A stretch of DNA of 58,856 nucleotides, counting the filler, from Sluysia triapertura (taxonomy: Eukaryota), in the NCBI GenBank assembly GCA_046118255.1. It is 5 parts of 5 records of this genome, joined end to end, with 100 filler letters (N's around TTAATTAATTAA, not from the genome) between each part and the next. Parts side by side here need not be neighbours in the genome. Positions count along the whole stretch, not along the records: positions 22,577 to 33,683 come from JBJNIA010188798.1; positions 33,784 to 47,077 come from JBJNIA010048012.1; 3 more parts are not named here. One strand, written 5' to 3'. Of this stretch, positions 24,500 to 38,610 are shown piece by piece. Both the position numbers and the translations under genes were made by a program. Below the pieces are notes generated by a model, which did no database searches, was not told the origin of the DNA, and was given only the letters and a program-made list of their open reading frames with translations. Every line of letters begins with the position of its first letter. Position 1 is the first letter of the stretch.

Positions 24500-27400
24500 A
24501 TCACTTGTAACTTTTATATATTGTTCAATCCTAAACTTTAATTATGGGCGTCATTCTACGAAGTGTCCCTAAATATATTTTTGTGGCCTCAGTCATAAGA
24601 TTGACTGTAAGCAAAGCATAAAGAGTTAATGTAACAATGCAAAAACAAATGTTGATTTCAAATATTTCTTTTTTGTCATTATTGTGTTTCGAAAAATTAA
24701 GGTTAGTAAAGCTGATTTTAGTAAGTTTATTTGGTATTTTAGTTGTCTTTTCAGTTGCTATTGATTTAATTACATCGTTTTTATTTAGTCTATTACTTAC
24801 AGTTTCATTGAAAATTGGTATAACTAAATTCGTCGTGCAAGTTATCAATTGTTTATATTTATTGTTTCGTTAGTAAAAAGTATCCATACGTATATGGTTG
24901 GTAATGTTAACTTAGGGTGATAACTTCATCTAGTTGTTTGCTTAGGTGGTATTAATTCAAGAATAGTTTCTCTATTAGTCCCATATTTTATTACAGTGTA
25001 ATTGTTTAACAGTGGGTTAAGTTAAGTTCATTAATTATTGCTGTTACGGAGCAGTTCATCAATTGTTTGCTAAAGCTATCAAAGCATAGATAATGTTTGA
25101 TCTGTATCCAATGATATTGTGTATATATTAATCGATTTATTAATTCTATGGTTATTTTGACTTTGTATAATTGAGTTTCGAAGAATTCTTCACAGGTTAT
25201 GATCCAATACCTTTTAGTTTTATATGACGTTATTGAAGTAGTGCACCAATTATTTAAACAAATTCTAATAGTAGACTAATCAATGTCTTATCTATTTCTT
25301 TAGCAATGATTACTATCTCATCTGTTTTAGCTTGGATAGCTAATTGCATGTCATTATAAAACATTATCTTATTTTAAGTGAATATGTAGTGGTTATACAA
25401 GTTAAGCAAATGCATAATAATACTGATGACATTTGTATTCCGCTATAATGTGTAGATAAACTTAAATCCGCATTATATTCATATAAAGGTGATGACATTA
25501 TTGGTGGTAGTGATTATCATCATCGTTATTGGAAAATGAATTTGTATATTTGTATATTCATAATAAGCATCATAATCATTAATAGTTATAATTAGTGTGA
25601 TAATAAATAATATTGCGGCAATTATTAAAATAGTTATCGATTGATCTCTTTTTAATTTATCTATAATCGTAGAATCTTTCTTATTTCTTTTAATTGCAAA
25701 ATGAAGTTGTTTAACAACTTTAGCTTGATTTTTTATAAATATTATTGTCTATCTTCAGAAAGCAAATAATCCTTACATACTGTTACTGGATATTTATTTA
25801 TAACGTGTTTATGTATTTTCCATATACTAAAATTAAGTCTTGTTGGACAAATACATATATAATATGCTTTAATATTGGTTTTCGTCATTTTAATTTGTAT
25901 TTCCGTGTCAAAATTGTAGAGGTCAAAATATTTTGACCTATAAATGCTTTGTGATGCATCTGCAATTGAGATTAATGTTATTAAAGTAACATCATGGTAA
26001 ATAGCATATATGTTATTTTAAATACTAAAAGTGCTATCATAAAAGCATTTTTTATTTTTCTTAAGATTATCTAATTTACTGTTGCTCAATTTAGTAATGA
26101 TATTGGTTGTTTTACTTATTGGCGCTGTTGTTGGTATGATGATTTCTTTACTTGTTGAATTGTGTTGTTTAAATATATCTATATATAGTTATTGATTTAT
26201 TATAAAATGAAAATCCTATTAGTGTAGTAAAATGAATTGAGTGTTCACATTTAAAAATATTATCTATTGATGAAGGTTTCTTTATTGATAATGGTTCAAA
26301 ATATATGCAATATGTATCCAAGTTATAGTTAGGAACTTCTTTTCTATTGTTAATTTCTACTGTCCAAAATCAACTAAAAGTGTTTGATAAGAAAATTTCC
26401 TGTTTAGAATCGGTATAATCTGTTAAAAATGCATGGATATGATGTTACCATTGTTATCAGTTGAATAAGTAATAATGTACAAGTTGTTATTTAAGGCAAT
26501 TTATTACTTTGAATTCCTCATATAAACAATATATTGCTATTACTACTTTCATTATTACTATTGTATATTTCTACACCCGATGAAGTTGAAGTTATTTTAG
26601 AATCCCACCAATCAAGATTTTCCCAATTTGGAGTTGGTGTTACGGTCTTGGTGGATTTAATGGAGAAATTTGATAATTTTGTTGTGCTGGTAATGGTGGC
26701 ATTGCTCTTATTAATGGTGGTAAAACTATATGTGCTCCTAATGGTATTTTAAGAAATCCTAATCTGCCATGAATTACAACACTTACTTAATATGTTCATT
26801 CCGATTATAACTTCATAAGGACATCTATCCCATACCAATATTGTTACAAATAATCCTACATTTAAAATTGTTAACTGACATTATATGATTCCATTAAATT
26901 CAATATTTGAGCCATCTACTATGAATAATGGTATACCAGCTTGTTGTAACATGATAATTTCCAATGTATTTAATGTATTATAATTAATAATAGTATTATT
27001 TGATCCAGAATCTATGACAGATCTTACCCATCTTTGATTAAATTTAATGCTTTGTACTAAATGATTTTGTATATGAAAAGAAGATGTTATCTTATTTGTT
27101 GTACTTAATCGGTTTAATATTTATCTGTTAGTGATTTAGGTGGTTTATCCCTACCTTTGATTCTTGAGTGACATTTTTGTAACTTGTTCATCTATGTTAG
27201 TTAATCGAGACATGCAATTAGCACCATTGTTCATTGATCCTGGTTTGTAAGTCAATTCCGCTAATTTAGTAAACCATATATTTAGCCGACTTACCTCATC
27301 TCTATGGTTATACAAATATGTCAATGGTTTATGTTCCGTGTATAAAAATACCTTTTGTCATAATAAATAGTGTCAAAATAATTTACATGCATATACTATT

Positions 27401-28050
27401 GCCAAACATTTTTTTCTATCGTTGAGTAGTTCATTTCAGCTTTATTTAATCTTCTGCTTGCACATGCTATTATTCCTTCTAAAGTTTCTTTATTTCTTTG
27501 TCCCAAAATTGCTCCTATCGCAAAATTAATGGCATCCGTTGTTAATATGAAAGGTTTACTCATATCTGGGAACATCAACATTGGTGCGTTGTTAATTTTT
27601 TCTTTAATTCTATAAAATCTTTGATTTGTTCTTCGGTCCATTTACATACGTTTTTTTGCGTTAGCATCCTCAAAGGTCGGGCTATCTTAGCGAAATCATT
27701 CACAAATCTTATGTAATAGTTTGCCAATCCTAAGAAACTTGCACTTTCTTTACATTATCTGGAGGTGGAAATTTTACAACTTTTTCTATGTTTTTAGGAT
27801 TTTGTTTCATACCTTCATGTGAAACTATATGACCTAAAAATTCAACCTGTTCTGCCCATACACATTTAGTTGGTTTAATTTTTAATCTTGCTACTTCTAA
27901 TCTTTCAGCGTGTTATCATTATCTACTACATGATTATCAAAATCTTTTGAAAATATTATTATATCAATATAGACCATAACCTGACAACAAGAAATTCATA
28001 CATCTTTGAAATGTTGCCAGTGCTCATATAATTCATATAATTCATCTTTT
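24500..28050 (-). mobile_element. Decayed Ty3/Gypsy polyprotein: RT - RNase H - aspartic protease - unrecognised extension
   Basis: RT: VMVYID(D)IIIF, LKIKPTKC, VEFLGHIVS (27660-28030). RH: PFILTTDA..AIGAILGQ, ASRRLNKAEMNYSTIEK, YTEHKPL, YKPG (27200-27640). Protease: VIDSGSNNTII...YEVIIGMNIL (26780-27050). The lower boundary is approximate. Confidence 0.8.
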
Positions 28051-28627
28051 CAGGAAAAAGCTGTGTTGGGAAATCACATCAAAATATCAACACTTCATCA
28101 CATCAAAACATCAATTACTTACACAGAACATTAAACAAACTACTCGACTCATTGAAAAAATAAACATAACCATTGTACATAATTATCATGAACTATAGCT
28201 ATTGTTATTATAATTCCAGTCGCATTAAAATGTATAATAATTATTAGGATCATTGTCGTATAATATAATTGCCATGGGTGTCACATAATAACTTTCATAT
28301 TAACATCAACAATACCATTATTTTAAAACATATAATAATTACGTTATTTTTATCATTATTATTTCTTTATCCTTATTATCAACCTTTCTTTTTTATTCTT
28401 TTGTTTTCCCAGTTTATGTACATATTTGTTTATGCGTTAATCAATAAAGTATGCATTTGGTATCTGTTATAAAATTGGTTCTTTTAATAACTCCAACATT
28501 TCAAGTGAACTGTCTCAGAAAGTCAATTATTCGAATATCGCGGTTGCTCAAGATACACATGGAGAATATTACTTTATTAATTACTGAGAAACTAGATTTG
28601 AAAGCAAATATATTCATGTACTTTAAA

Positions 28628-28680
28628 CGAAGTGTTACGTCGTGGACCATATGGTAAACCAGTTGATATATGGCTTATGG
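28628..28680 (+). pseudogene. Short CaMKII-like kinase relic (subdomain VIII-IX)
   Basis: EVLRRGPYGKPVDIW versus CaMKII EVLRKDPYGKPVD(L/I)W. Flanks are not translatable. Confidence 0.45.
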
Positions 28681-30379
28681 CCTTGACAAAAATATGACTA
28701 ATATTCTTAAAAATTAAAAAATCCAAATACTTTGTTTAGACATGAAAATTTTGAAATCAAAACTAAATTTGAGTTTACAATCATCGGATGTGCACACGAA
28801 AGACCAAGTTTTTGTATTAAATCGAATCTGTATTGAAATATACAACTGATTGATAGTCCAAATCTATTCGATAAAAATGGTAACAACAAAATATATATGT
28901 ACTAGACATTTGACAATAATAGAATGAAGTTTCATATTTTAACAAATTTGAATGTTCCAAGCTAATATTACAAATAGGTACACTTAAGAAAGTATTCACA
29001 TTTGTTATTAATAAATTAAAAATTTATACAACATATGATTAGATCAAAGTTCTGACTTTATCCAAAATGGGTTGGATAAAGCGGTTAATTGGTGCTAGAT
29101 TGTAACAATATCTTACCGACAAATAATGGAACCTATTGTTAAAAAGTGAATATAATTGTTTAATACCATAAGAGAAGAATTCTCCAGAATTAAATCAATC
29201 GTTAATTTATCTATCCCAACGAAAGATGTGGTTTTAAATATCATAAAGAAATTCGCTTAAAGATTTATTTAAAAGTTATAAATGTGGATCTTGATATTTT
29301 TATCATGTTCAGTGATAAAAGTTATTATCAGGTTTTCTTATCAGATGAGCAAATGATATCAATTAGTTGCCCTAAAGATGATAATAAAGGAAAATGAAAT
29401 GGGGTTAAGAATGTTTTCTAGTGAACGTTTATTTCACAAAATAATGCCAAGTTCAAAAGATGTTAAAGGCGAAAATTAACCGTCACAAGAAGCAAAACGT
29501 TGATTTCAGTTTTAGAATTGACATATACCACCATGATTTATTTATACGTAGTCTACATTGGATTGAGCTGGACTTTTCGAAGATTTAACTGTAGAGTTTA
29601 CATCATTATTTCTTTTATAATAAATAAATAAATAATAATAAAAAATTAATTAATATTAATTATCGATTTATAAATTTGGAAAGTGAAATTGTTCCTGACT
29701 TATTTTTTGATTCATTTAAGAACTTTAAAATCGGTTCTTATGTTTTGCACACAAATTTCATTTTCTTTATTCGGTCATTTTTTTCACTGCTGTTGTTCGA
29801 AAATACTTTTCTCGAATTTTGAGTTTATTTACCTGGATCTATCCATTTCCATGGTGTGCTGATAATCGTTACCAATTTGCACTTCATTACAAATTAATAC
29901 AGAGAGTGACCAGTATGAAACATTGTTCAACTATGTGCGATGAGGTTTACCACAATTGTACTATGTTTTATTATCTTGGAATTATCAACGTCGAATAGTA
30001 TAAAGTATAATATTGATTCATTACGAGCATGATTATGATTCATTTTGTTCATCCCAAGTTATAATCTAAATATTGCGCCGTCGAATTAACAATCTGTTTG
30101 ACCGATGAAACACTTCTTCGAAGACCTATAATTTGAAAATATGGTGTTGAGTAAATATAGGATTTGAACGAAAGTCTTGTCCGATAGAAAACAATATTTG
30201 CTTAACTAATAAAGACAGTAAACATCAATCGTCTGTAAATCTAAAAAATTTAAATGTTTTTTGAAGAAATGTTTAGTTTAAATATATTATTAAATCATTT
30301 TTTAAATGTTTAATTTCTATCTTATAATTAAATAATTGCTTCAGATAGTTATCATTAAAAAAATATTATATTTTTGACA

Positions 30380-30625
30380 TGTGATGTATTTTTTGTGGAA
30401 AGATATTGAGAAGAAGATTGAATTCATGCTAGGCACCAGTACTGTGTCTGCGCGAAACTGCCAGCGAATAATTGCAATATTTATTGTTGGCAATTTCGTC
30501 GTTGATGGTGAAAAGAGAAGTGGGCAACCATTGGTTAAAGATGATATTTTGTTTATATTTCTCAATTTACATGTTTTCCTTGTTGGTTAAATAGATATTA
30601 TTTTCTATTATATTTCGGCCCCAAA
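30380..30625 (+). mobile_element. Non-autonomous mariner derivative (N-terminal HTH relic)
   Basis: LGTSTVSARNCQRIIAIFIVGNFVVDGEKRSGQP resembles mariner TVSERTCQRWF.KF.SGNFDLED..RSGRP. A homologous inverted copy lies at 33500-33683. Confidence 0.7.
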
Positions 30626-31859
30626 GAGAAATTGTTTATAATCATAGAATAAAAACGTTACTATCACAGTTGAAAAGGTTATCGAAATAAACACAGATTA
30701 ATTTATTGGCTAAATATATTTGTAACTTATAAATCTTAACATTTTAGTATTTGGTTTTTCAATAAATAATTTTTGTTGAACTTAGTATCTGAACTAAATC
30801 GTGCTAATATTATTATTATTATTAATATTATTTAATTATTTATTTATTTTTGAAATCTGAAAAGTTACTAATAGTTATAAGAATTATTTAAGGTATTTTA
30901 AATTTAATAATGTTATACATTTTTATGAAGATCAATCAGCCAATGATTTTAAAATGGAATTAATGAATTATCATATTTTTATATAAAAATATAAATTATA
31001 ATTTTAATAAATATTTATTAATATCTTTTTGATGTATTTATTTCAAAAAATAAAATAAAATCGAAATTTTGAATAAAAAAATCAAAGTACTTTAATTTAA
31101 AAATAAAACAAAATTAACAAATCAATTTTTCAATAATTAATAGTTTTCTTTGATTTATAAAACTGCACTTAAATAAATTGAATTTTAAATAAATAATAAT
31201 TTGTAGTGGTATTTTTCATTCAATAAAAAAATAAATTCAATAAACGTATTGCTTACAGTGTAGTTTAATTTAATTGTTTTTTTTATAAAATTATTTATTT
31301 AATTATATTTGATATATAAAAAATATAAACGTTGTGTTTTATTAATTGTACTGCTAGATGAATAAATATTTTTTAAAATAAATCCAAAAAAGAATAATGA
31401 GAATTATGATAATACGAAAAATATTATAAAAATTAAATAATATATTACTTACAAAGTAAATAAATAATAAAAACCTAACCATAAAATTATGTAAGGAATA
31501 AAATCTTAATTATTACTTAAATTAAATGATTAATTTAAAAATTTTAAATTAATAACAACTTTAAAAAATTAAAAAAATGATCATAATATTTCCATTTATT
31601 TTATAAAATTATAATAATTTTATATAATAATATGTATTGTAATTCACTTCAATTTTTTATTTTAAAATGTTTCATCATTCAATCATCCCTCGTCCTTCAT
31701 TCGTAATATTTCCTACACAAATCACTGGAATATCTTTTGAAAGTTGAGCCGACAATGACAATTCTGACGTTTATGTGGTACGATTTATCAGACTTAATTA
31801 AGTAAGAATTTCAAAAATTTGATTAATCAATAATTAATTAATTTTCAAATTAAAATAAC

Positions 31860-31893
<34 letters not shown>

Positions 31894-32556
31894 AATTAAA
31901 AATATTCTTATTCATACCATGCATCTCATATTTGGTTCATTGTCATGGTATCATTCTAAATATGAAATTTTTAATGTTTTAGTTTTGAGAATTAATTGAA
32001 ATTTGACCTTGCTCGTTCCGTAAACCAATCCAAATCTTCTCTCTATCCAAACGAACGCATCATAACAATAGTTACCTTCATAATTAATATTCTAATTAAT
32101 TAATGTATTATTAGAACTGATGTAAATTTAGTTGTTTCTTAATAAAGGTATTAAGAACTTTCATCTTTGCAACACTGGTTCTCTGGAAATTATTAGCACA
32201 TTGAATTTGATTTTGATATCAATAACAATAAAGTTAACAAGTAATCTTAAAATTTGTTAAGATTCTAGAGGTTTTACAATAATATTGAATATCCTTAAAA
32301 GTTTTCAAAGATTTAAAATGATGTTGTAAAGGATATAGAACTTCTAAGATATTATTTAATGCTTTAAAATATTTTTAAAAAATGATTGTAGGTGTTTTTA
32401 TTTTTATTCTTTTTTTAACAATACATTTTGTTTGTTATTTTATGTAAATCTTAATGCCTTTATCTGCTTTTAAACCTATTTTGCTTCTTGTTTGATTAAC
32501 AATTAGACAATTACACCAATAATTAATATTAAATTATTATTCTAATAATAAAATAA

Positions 32557-32595
<39 letters not shown>

Positions 32596-33499
32596 TGAAT
32601 ACAAGTAAATAAAAATCAACGAATCAATTTGGACCATTTGTTGCCACAAAGGAATCAACTAATACCAGTTGAAACATAATAAAGTCAGAACTAAAATCAA
32701 AAAATGTATATTAGAAATTTTCGACAATTATTTGGACCGACGTTTTCTAATTTCGTAAGTTAATCCACTCAAACTTTTTACATATTTAATTAAGAAATTT
32801 CTGTGTTATGCTATTTTATTTGTTTTTTGTTGAAATTAAAGGGAAGAAATTAATTTTAAGAGATAACATTTTGTATTATTAAAAGTGCAAAAACTTTATT
32901 ATTGGAAGTTAAAGAATATTTATAAGTTTTTTTAATACGAATTCAGAATAATAAAGATTATAATTTGTTGGGTTTACATTGATAAAACCGATAAAATAAA
33001 TAAAGATTTTTGGAAAATTATTTGTTAAATAAACAAATATAGATAATTATATATTAATGTCTTAAAATTATAATTTCAAATCATTATATATTTGATAAAC
33101 AATCCAATAAACATTTTAAGTAAATTTCTCAAATTTCCGCATTTTCATTGTCAGTTAGGTTTCAAAGATACCTATTTAATAAGAAACTAATTGATTGATT
33201 GAATTATTAAATGTTTATGTACAATAAATATAATTTATTTATTTAATATTATTTTTGTCATTAATATAAAACAATAGAAAGATGATATCGTTAAAAATAG
33301 ACAGAATAAAGAAATCCAAATTACAAAGCTTTAAATATAAAAGTTGAATTTTTTATTAAGATACAATCATATACTAACTGAAATAAATATCAGTTATAAA
33401 TAATTAGTAATATTATTGTGTATGAAACTAAATAATGTAACATTGTAAACAGTAGATTACCTTAAATAAATCTATGATTTAATCGTTCATAAATATAGC

Positions 33500-33683
33500 A
33501 TTGGATCGAAAGTTTTGTCAAATAAAAAATAATATTTATTTAACCAATAAAGAAAACATGTAAATTGAGAAATATAAACACAACATCATCTTTAACCAAT
33601 GGGCGTCCACTTCTTTCTTTATCATCAACCATGAAATTACCAAAACTGAATTTTTCAATTATTCGCATTTATTTCATTTTTCC
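33500..33683 (-). mobile_element. Second, inverted copy of the same mariner derivative
   Basis: Reverse strand shares GAAGTGG..CCATTGGTTAAAGATGAT..TTTATATTTCTCAATTTACATGTTTTC with 30515-30590. Confidence 0.75.
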
Positions 33684-33783
33684 NNNNNNNNNNNNNNNNN
33701 NNNNNNNNNNNNNNNNNNNNNNNNNNNTTAATTAATTAANNNNNNNNNNNNNNNNNNNNNNNNNNNNNNNNNNNNNNNNNNNN
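33684..33783. other. Artificial contig linker
   Basis: N44-TTAATTAATTAA-N44. Confidence 0.95.
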
Positions 33784-35135
33784 ATCTTAAATATAATTAT
33801 TTTCTAAGTTGTTAATTTACCGTTTATATTGAAAATTCAAAATCTGTATTAGTCTATTTTCCTTGGATCTATTTCATTTATATTAGGTTTATTTACATTA
33901 AGTAACATTACATATTTATAAACTTTATTTTTCGAATATATGTTTATTGAATTGATTAATTTATTACATATTTTATTTTTTTTTAACTTTTCACATTAAC
34001 ATAATACATATGATTTGGATCTCTTTTATAAGTATAAAATTCTTTATAATTCTTTATTCTTTTTGCAATACCATTTTATCTAAGTAATTTATTTCACGGA
34101 TATGTGTACACATCTTCTGATTTTATTTTCGTGAATTTTGAAATATATTTAATTTAATTATCTTGTCTCATCAAAGTATCAGCAACGTTTTTTGAAATAG
34201 GAGATCTTTTATAATATCGTCTAAGCTTATTCGAGTATGTAACTCATTTCTAATTTTGTAATTGATATTAACCAATTTAAATCTTTGAATATGTTTCATT
34301 GAAATTATCATTGAAATGGTTATTGTTAAAAGTGTTGAGACTGTTACTACTACTGACCATGCCGTTGTTATTATTGAAAGTCATTTGAAATTGAAAACGC
34401 GGTTTTTAAAATTTTCGTGATATTGAATGTATTATCAAATATGAAGAATGTATTAAAAAATATGAAAAATGTAAGGAAAAAATTTTGGAAGATTTTCGAT
34501 TATTTGTGTTTGAAAGTTTCGATATTGTGACATTGCTGAAGATATTAATATTCCGAAATATCTGATTGAATCTACGAATAATAACATAATCTTGAGTGTA
34601 TAAAGGGTACGTAGTATGAAAACTTATGCAATATGTTTAGATTGTAATTGATATGTGTCTGGTAATTTGGATGTTTTGTACTATTAATGGTTTGAAAAAA
34701 ATTTCGTATTGTACGAATAATACACAAAAGTTACAAAAAATTTACTATTATAAAATTACTGCAGCAGGATCCAACATAAATAATGAATTAACAACATGCA
34801 ATGGAGTTTAGATCATAATGCTGACATCACATTTTTTTAATTTTTAAAATATTATTTAAATAATTATTTATTATTTGACGTAATTAACTGTAGTTACTAG
34901 TTGTCTCAATCGTTTTAATTATTTATTTTCCTCATATAAACATTTATGCTGCCTTATATTTTGGTTAAATATACAATATTCTAGATTTTTTTACAAATTG
35001 AGTGTCTCACTGTCATTTGTAGAATTAAATGTAATAACAATAAATTCTTTTTGATTATTTAAAATTTTTTTAAAATTTTTTAAAATATTTATAATCTATA
35101 TTTATTTTTATACAATATGTTTTTAAATTTTTTTA

Positions 35136-35556
35136 ATGACCAATGTAGAAGAAAATATTAAAAATTCTTTAAAGACACTTGCCAAAAAAACCAGCGAGTC
35201 TGTGAATACTTTAAAAGTGAAGTTTGATTATCAGAATAAAATAAAGTACTTTTTTATGTATTTAATATCAGCCTTAGAGTAATTAATGTGCCTCGAAGTG
35301 TTAAATTTGAAGAATTATATGACACTATTTTTAATACCCTTGACAAACCTAAAGATTTAGCTTTATATTATTTAACAGATACTAAAGATGTAATTTTTTT
35401 GTTTGTAATGCTAATTTATCCAGATTATTTGTGAAATAAAAGATCAGTCAGAATTAAAGTCTATTATTAGTTGTGTGAATACAAGCACAAAAAATACACT
35501 CCGTTTATTAGCAACATCAAATTATGCATTAACAAAGGGAAATAAATTGAACTCGA
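35136..35556 (+). CDS. MAP3K2/3: MEKK2/3-like MAP3K, exons 1-3 (35136-35245, 35278-35389, 35424-35556) encoding the PB1 domain
   Basis: Spliced product MTNVEENIK...LKVKFDYQNKIKVINVPRSVKFEELYDTIFNTLDKPKDLALYYLTDTKDIICEIKDQSELKSIISCVNTSTKNTLRLLA parallels the MEKK3 PB1 domain (VRIKFEHNGERRII..RPVKYEDV...KNQDDL...SLRILL). Introns are GT-AG, 32 and 34 nt. Confidence 0.8.
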
Positions 35557-37084
35557 GTAAGTTTCAATTTTTATTTTGTTTACATTATTACTGTTTATAA
35601 AAAATGGCAAAGTTTTTTGAGCGAAAATTAATATAATAAAATATCGATTAAATTGATTAAATGTTTAATTTTAATCTTGCCTAAATAATATTCAAGAAAA
35701 TAGGTGAATTAGGATTAATGTAAAGGTAACATTATCATTCGAAAACTTTTTCGGAAAAATTCAAGATTAAAATAAATTCAACAATGTTGATTTGGGCATA
35801 AGATCAAGTCTTGGGACATTTGCTAACGAAATGTTTTCAAAACTAATGTAAGGTTTAGATTATTGAATTAATAATTCATTTTTCAAATACAAATTATTCT
35901 AGTATTACAAATCTAATTACATTTTAGCTATTTTAGAATTAATGCATCGATTTGCTAGCTGTGATCGTTATCCATACAAGAAATATGAATACAAATATGT
36001 TCGCTAATCTTAAACGAACGATGTTGGAAAACTGAAATAAATTATACTTCACTCAACTGTTTATCAATAAATAAAATTTTTGGTGATTGAAAAGCTGCTC
36101 AGCCTGACAGGTTTTCGTGATTTATTGCTGAGTTCAGCAAACCTTATTCATGGCAATTTAAGGCATAAAGTGTAAAAATAATGAATTAATTATCTGGATC
36201 AGCTAAAACCAAAAACGTCAGTCGAAATGAGGCAACATGTGCATCATTATGTTTAGGATATACTTTCACTATGTAACAATTTTGGCGGAAAACGTTTTCT
36301 AACTTTTGAATATTTCTCAAATTTCGTCGCCAAACGACACAAACACAAACTTCTACTTAAGGGATAACTCGTGGTTGGCAGCGAACATATTAATCATTTG
36401 CTGACCTAAATTAATTTATTAATTACTTCATAAAGCATTGTTTTATTTAGAGTCCGTAACTTTGACAATAAATGTCGAAATACATTTAAATTTTTTTAAA
36501 AACTAGATGCGATCAGTTTCCATTTTTACGTATCTACATTTTAATGTAATGAATATAATTGCCATAATATAGATTGTTAATTCGAATTTTGTTATTGATA
36601 AGCATGTGTGAGAATTTGGACAATGATCGATTATAGCATTATTCTTAGTTTTCACATTCAAAGAGAAACAAGATTGAACACTCATTATGCATTAGTTGTA
36701 CGAGAAATATTGGGTAGTCTTCACTTAAACGTTAGATTTTAGGCGTTCAATGAAATACCCTCCAAGGTCTCCTATTATAACTTGTTTATGACCGAAAATT
36801 TAAAAGCTTACTGCAATTCAAAAAAATTAATGTATTGAAAAATAAAAGTTACTTAATATAAATGATTAAAAAGCAGAAATGTATTTCAGTGTTAGTCGAG
36901 GTTCACCAGTAAGATAAATTCATTAAATGTGCTTGTAAACATCAAATATTTGTAAACAATATTTCAGCATGTATGCATCACAAATTTATGTAGCTACTAG
37001 AATTTCGTGTAAAATTAAGTTGCTTTCAATGTACAAACATTTAAATCTAAACATTAATATATCTAAATTTATTAATTTTTTTAG

Positions 37085-37414
37085 GTGGCACTATAACTCC
37101 AACTACTCAAAGATTACAATCATGCACACCAACAATTTACAGACCTGAATCACCTCCTCCTGGTGTTTTACAAAATTCTGACCAACAACAATTCAATCAT
37201 ATAGAGCGTAGTACTTCTTTTCCTATTACTAAATCAAAATCAATAACGGAACCAAATTCAAGTAATTCAAAAATAACTACCACAACTATAAATAGTCCTG
37301 ATAACAGAAAACATGGCGAATTTATACCTGAAGATGATACTTTGTCTACGTCTGCTGATTCATCGTATTCTAGTGGACGACAAAGTCTTGACATAAATCT
37401 TGTACTAACCTCAA
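37085..37414 (+). CDS. MAP3K2/3: MEKK2/3-like exon 4
   Basis: Phase 1/1. RPESPPPGV, HGEFIPE and SSGRQSLD match conserved MEKK2/3 linker motifs. Confidence 0.85.
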
Positions 37415-37552
37415 GTAATTCAGACTATTATTTTAGCTTTGTTTTTTTATTATGTTTTTTAAGAGTATTAATTAAAAATTAATACTTTTTACCTTGCTAA
37501 AATCAATACGTTTTGATAAAATGTTTATTATTTTTTGCTGTTATTTATTTAG

Positions 37553-37751
37553 GTCGAAGTCCTGCATTAAATCCAGCTGGAGGTACCTTTCCACTTCGTA
37601 TTCAATCCCATAATCAGATAAGAAATGAAGGCTTTCAAACTCTACCTCATATGCGACTTACTCCTTCAACTGCTGCTACATCCACTAACAGATTGCATTT
37701 CTCATCAACCGTGACGAAACAAAAAAGTTCGAATCATTTATTCAGTGTTTT
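37553..37751 (+). CDS. MAP3K2/3: MEKK2/3-like exon 5; donor at 37726 or 37751, the latter implying an extra exon 37872-37933
   Basis: GGTFPLR and GFQTLPHMR resemble MEKK2 GGTYPRR and GRKTFPRAR. TTTAG acceptor. Confidence 0.7.
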
Positions 37752-38229
37752 GTAATATGAAATTAATATTGAAATATGAAATTAATTGTAAATTTTAATT
37801 TATATTAAAAGTCAATTTGTAAACATTATAAATAATTTAAAGTCGTAAATTTAACTCGTCTCTGTCATTAGTGGCGGAAGTACGTTTGCTGGAATCGATG
37901 AAATCCAGGATTCGGTTGGAACAATGCGAATAAGTTTTTTTTGAGAAAATGTTTTATGGTGTCATTAAATAGGTTATGTAACTATTAAATTTGTTGATTG
38001 TTAAAAACATTTATCCAATTTCCCTTGGTTTCACATACAATAAAAGTGTCGAAAAAAATATTCTCATTAAAAAGTGCAAGAATATTAACACAAGCAACTG
38101 CTTACAAAAAGGTAATAAAACTTCAAATTTCGAATGACTATTATTACGCAACCGTTTCGAAGAGACAGGTAAAACATACATCATAAAATTATCGTAAAAA
38201 ATTTTGAAAAAAAAATAAAATTTACCACG

Positions 38230-38610
38230 ATCTAGTACTGCATTTGGAAGACATCTTCTGGCTTTCGCGCTTTCGACACAGCTTCGAGGTAGGGGTTGGC
38301 AACTTGCAGCGCGTGAAAGGATTTTGACAGGCTGGTGAGGATATTTGACCGGCACGTGACCGCATGTTAAATAATAAATTTAATAAACAAAAATTGTTTT
38401 AATATTCATTAAAATTCAATAATTAAATTAACCCATGAATTCAAAGATCAGGAAAGTAGATGGTGAGTGTCGAATTTTTCAAGATACTTGGACGTTTGAT
38501 TATTTTTTTGTGGAGCAAAATAGAAAGCCAACATGTTTTATCTACCTTGAAAAGGTTGGTGTGAATGAAGTGGCAAATATCAGGCGCCATTACATGGTCC
38601 ACCATCTTGG
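38230..38610 (+). mobile_element. SPIN/GTF2IRD2-like hAT transposon, 5' fragment, inside the MEKK intron
   Basis: RKVDGECRIFQDTWTFDYFFVEQNRKPTCFIYLEKVGVNEVANIRRHY..HH is the SPIN-type N-terminal zinc finger. Confidence 0.8.

Noticed and set aside
29700-30200. Faint Tc1/mariner-like peptide scraps on the minus strand
   Set aside because: Too degraded to support a call without a search.
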